Shown in pieces: positions 63,226 through 64,000 of a stretch of 64,000 nucleotides of DNA; position 1 is the first letter of the stretch; the number at the start of each line of letters is the position of its first letter. Source of the DNA: Antedon mediterranea (lineage: Eukaryota; Animalia; Echinodermata); NCBI RefSeq assembly GCF_964355755.1, contig NC_092675.1:15410912-15474911 (forward strand), written 5' to 3'. The translations under genes were made by a program, and so were the position numbers. The notes beneath the pieces were generated by a model that saw nothing but the letters and a program-made list of their open reading frames with translations, did no database searches and was not told where the DNA came from.

Positions 63226-64000
63226 AGTGGAGCTACACTCAGACTTTCTCAGCTTATATTATGTTTAAGTATGTTTAATTGAAAGTGATTACATAAAAAA
63301 AACCAGGAAAAATACGGAAATATTTTCCAAAAACTCATTTCTAAAAAATCGGTCAGAAAATAGTGTTTTTTAACAAATTACAGTTTTTCAGTAACTTAGG
63401 GGTTATTAGTTTACAATACGTCGCGAAACGCGTTACACTTAGCGACTGACGCGTTTTAGTCGCTGGTCAACGCATTGTGGAAATTTCTTCCCTTTGGTAA
63501 ATTATGTGTCGAAAAATTGGGAATACATTTTATACACACAATTAATACGATTTGTTTAGGCCTAAGTAATATTTCCGATAAGAATGTCAGTATAATTTAC
63601 ATGTAACCTCATGATTTTCACTGTACAACAACAACAGCATTATAATCTTATCAGATTGCTTTTAACTTTAAGCTAGGGCTAGGCCTAGCTAAGCCGTCTG
63701 CTCAGCCTAGCTAGGCTTGAATTTTTGTCTAGAGGCCTATGTATTCATAGGCATGGTCGTTTCGCCCCATTTATCGTTCCTGGGTTTTCTCGCATATTAA
63801 GAACTGTGAAACACAAAATCCTATACAGAACAAGAGTAGTAAAGAATAGTAAAGCGATGTGCAAGCTTAGACCTGACTGAAAAGCAACTATTCAGGCACC
63901 CTATCATGGCCCATGGGTAGGCCAAGGTCGGGTGACAGCAAAACAAACTTCACTGCTGTCAGCCTAGCCTAGCTAGAGGCCAAGCCACTAAGCAGCATCG
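63226..64000. mobile_element. Probable Kolobok-like non-autonomous element inserted at TTAA in the Academ ORF; runs off the window
   Basis: Academ coding similarity (LKVADETKMPYHPVT) stops at TTAA 63222-63225, followed by AGTGGAGCTACAC...; other end not visible. Confidence 0.5.

Overview
AT-rich, intron-rich animal genomic DNA, most likely a marine invertebrate (it carries an ovothiol synthase and Deu-domain SINE, Academ, Neptune-type Penelope and Rex/Babar repeats). Two host genes lie on the minus strand. (1) Five N-terminal coding exons of ovothiol synthase OvoA (23363 to 844, continuing off the left edge), with a 13.8-kb transposon-filled intron. (2) The C-terminal exons of a polypeptide GalNAc-transferase (GALNT; catalytic end plus ricin lectin domain, 59512 to 56394), whose upstream exon appears to be cut by an Academ DNA transposon. 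Much of the remainder is nested mobile DNA: a Gypsy relic containing a SINE and a LINE, an RTEX-like LINE split by a Tx1/L1 with a 16-bp TSD, several TIR elements with readable TSDs, a Penelope-like element with a hammerhead ribozyme, and homogeneous minisatellites. The most unusual item is a ~360-bp repeat unit (4 copies at two loci) embedded in (TA)n. It carries an internal, fully pairing tRNA cloverleaf with an atypical ATC anticodon plus a Pol III terminator, and shows Penelope-like tandem and inverted-end architecture. All family assignments come from motif recognition by eye; no database search was run.
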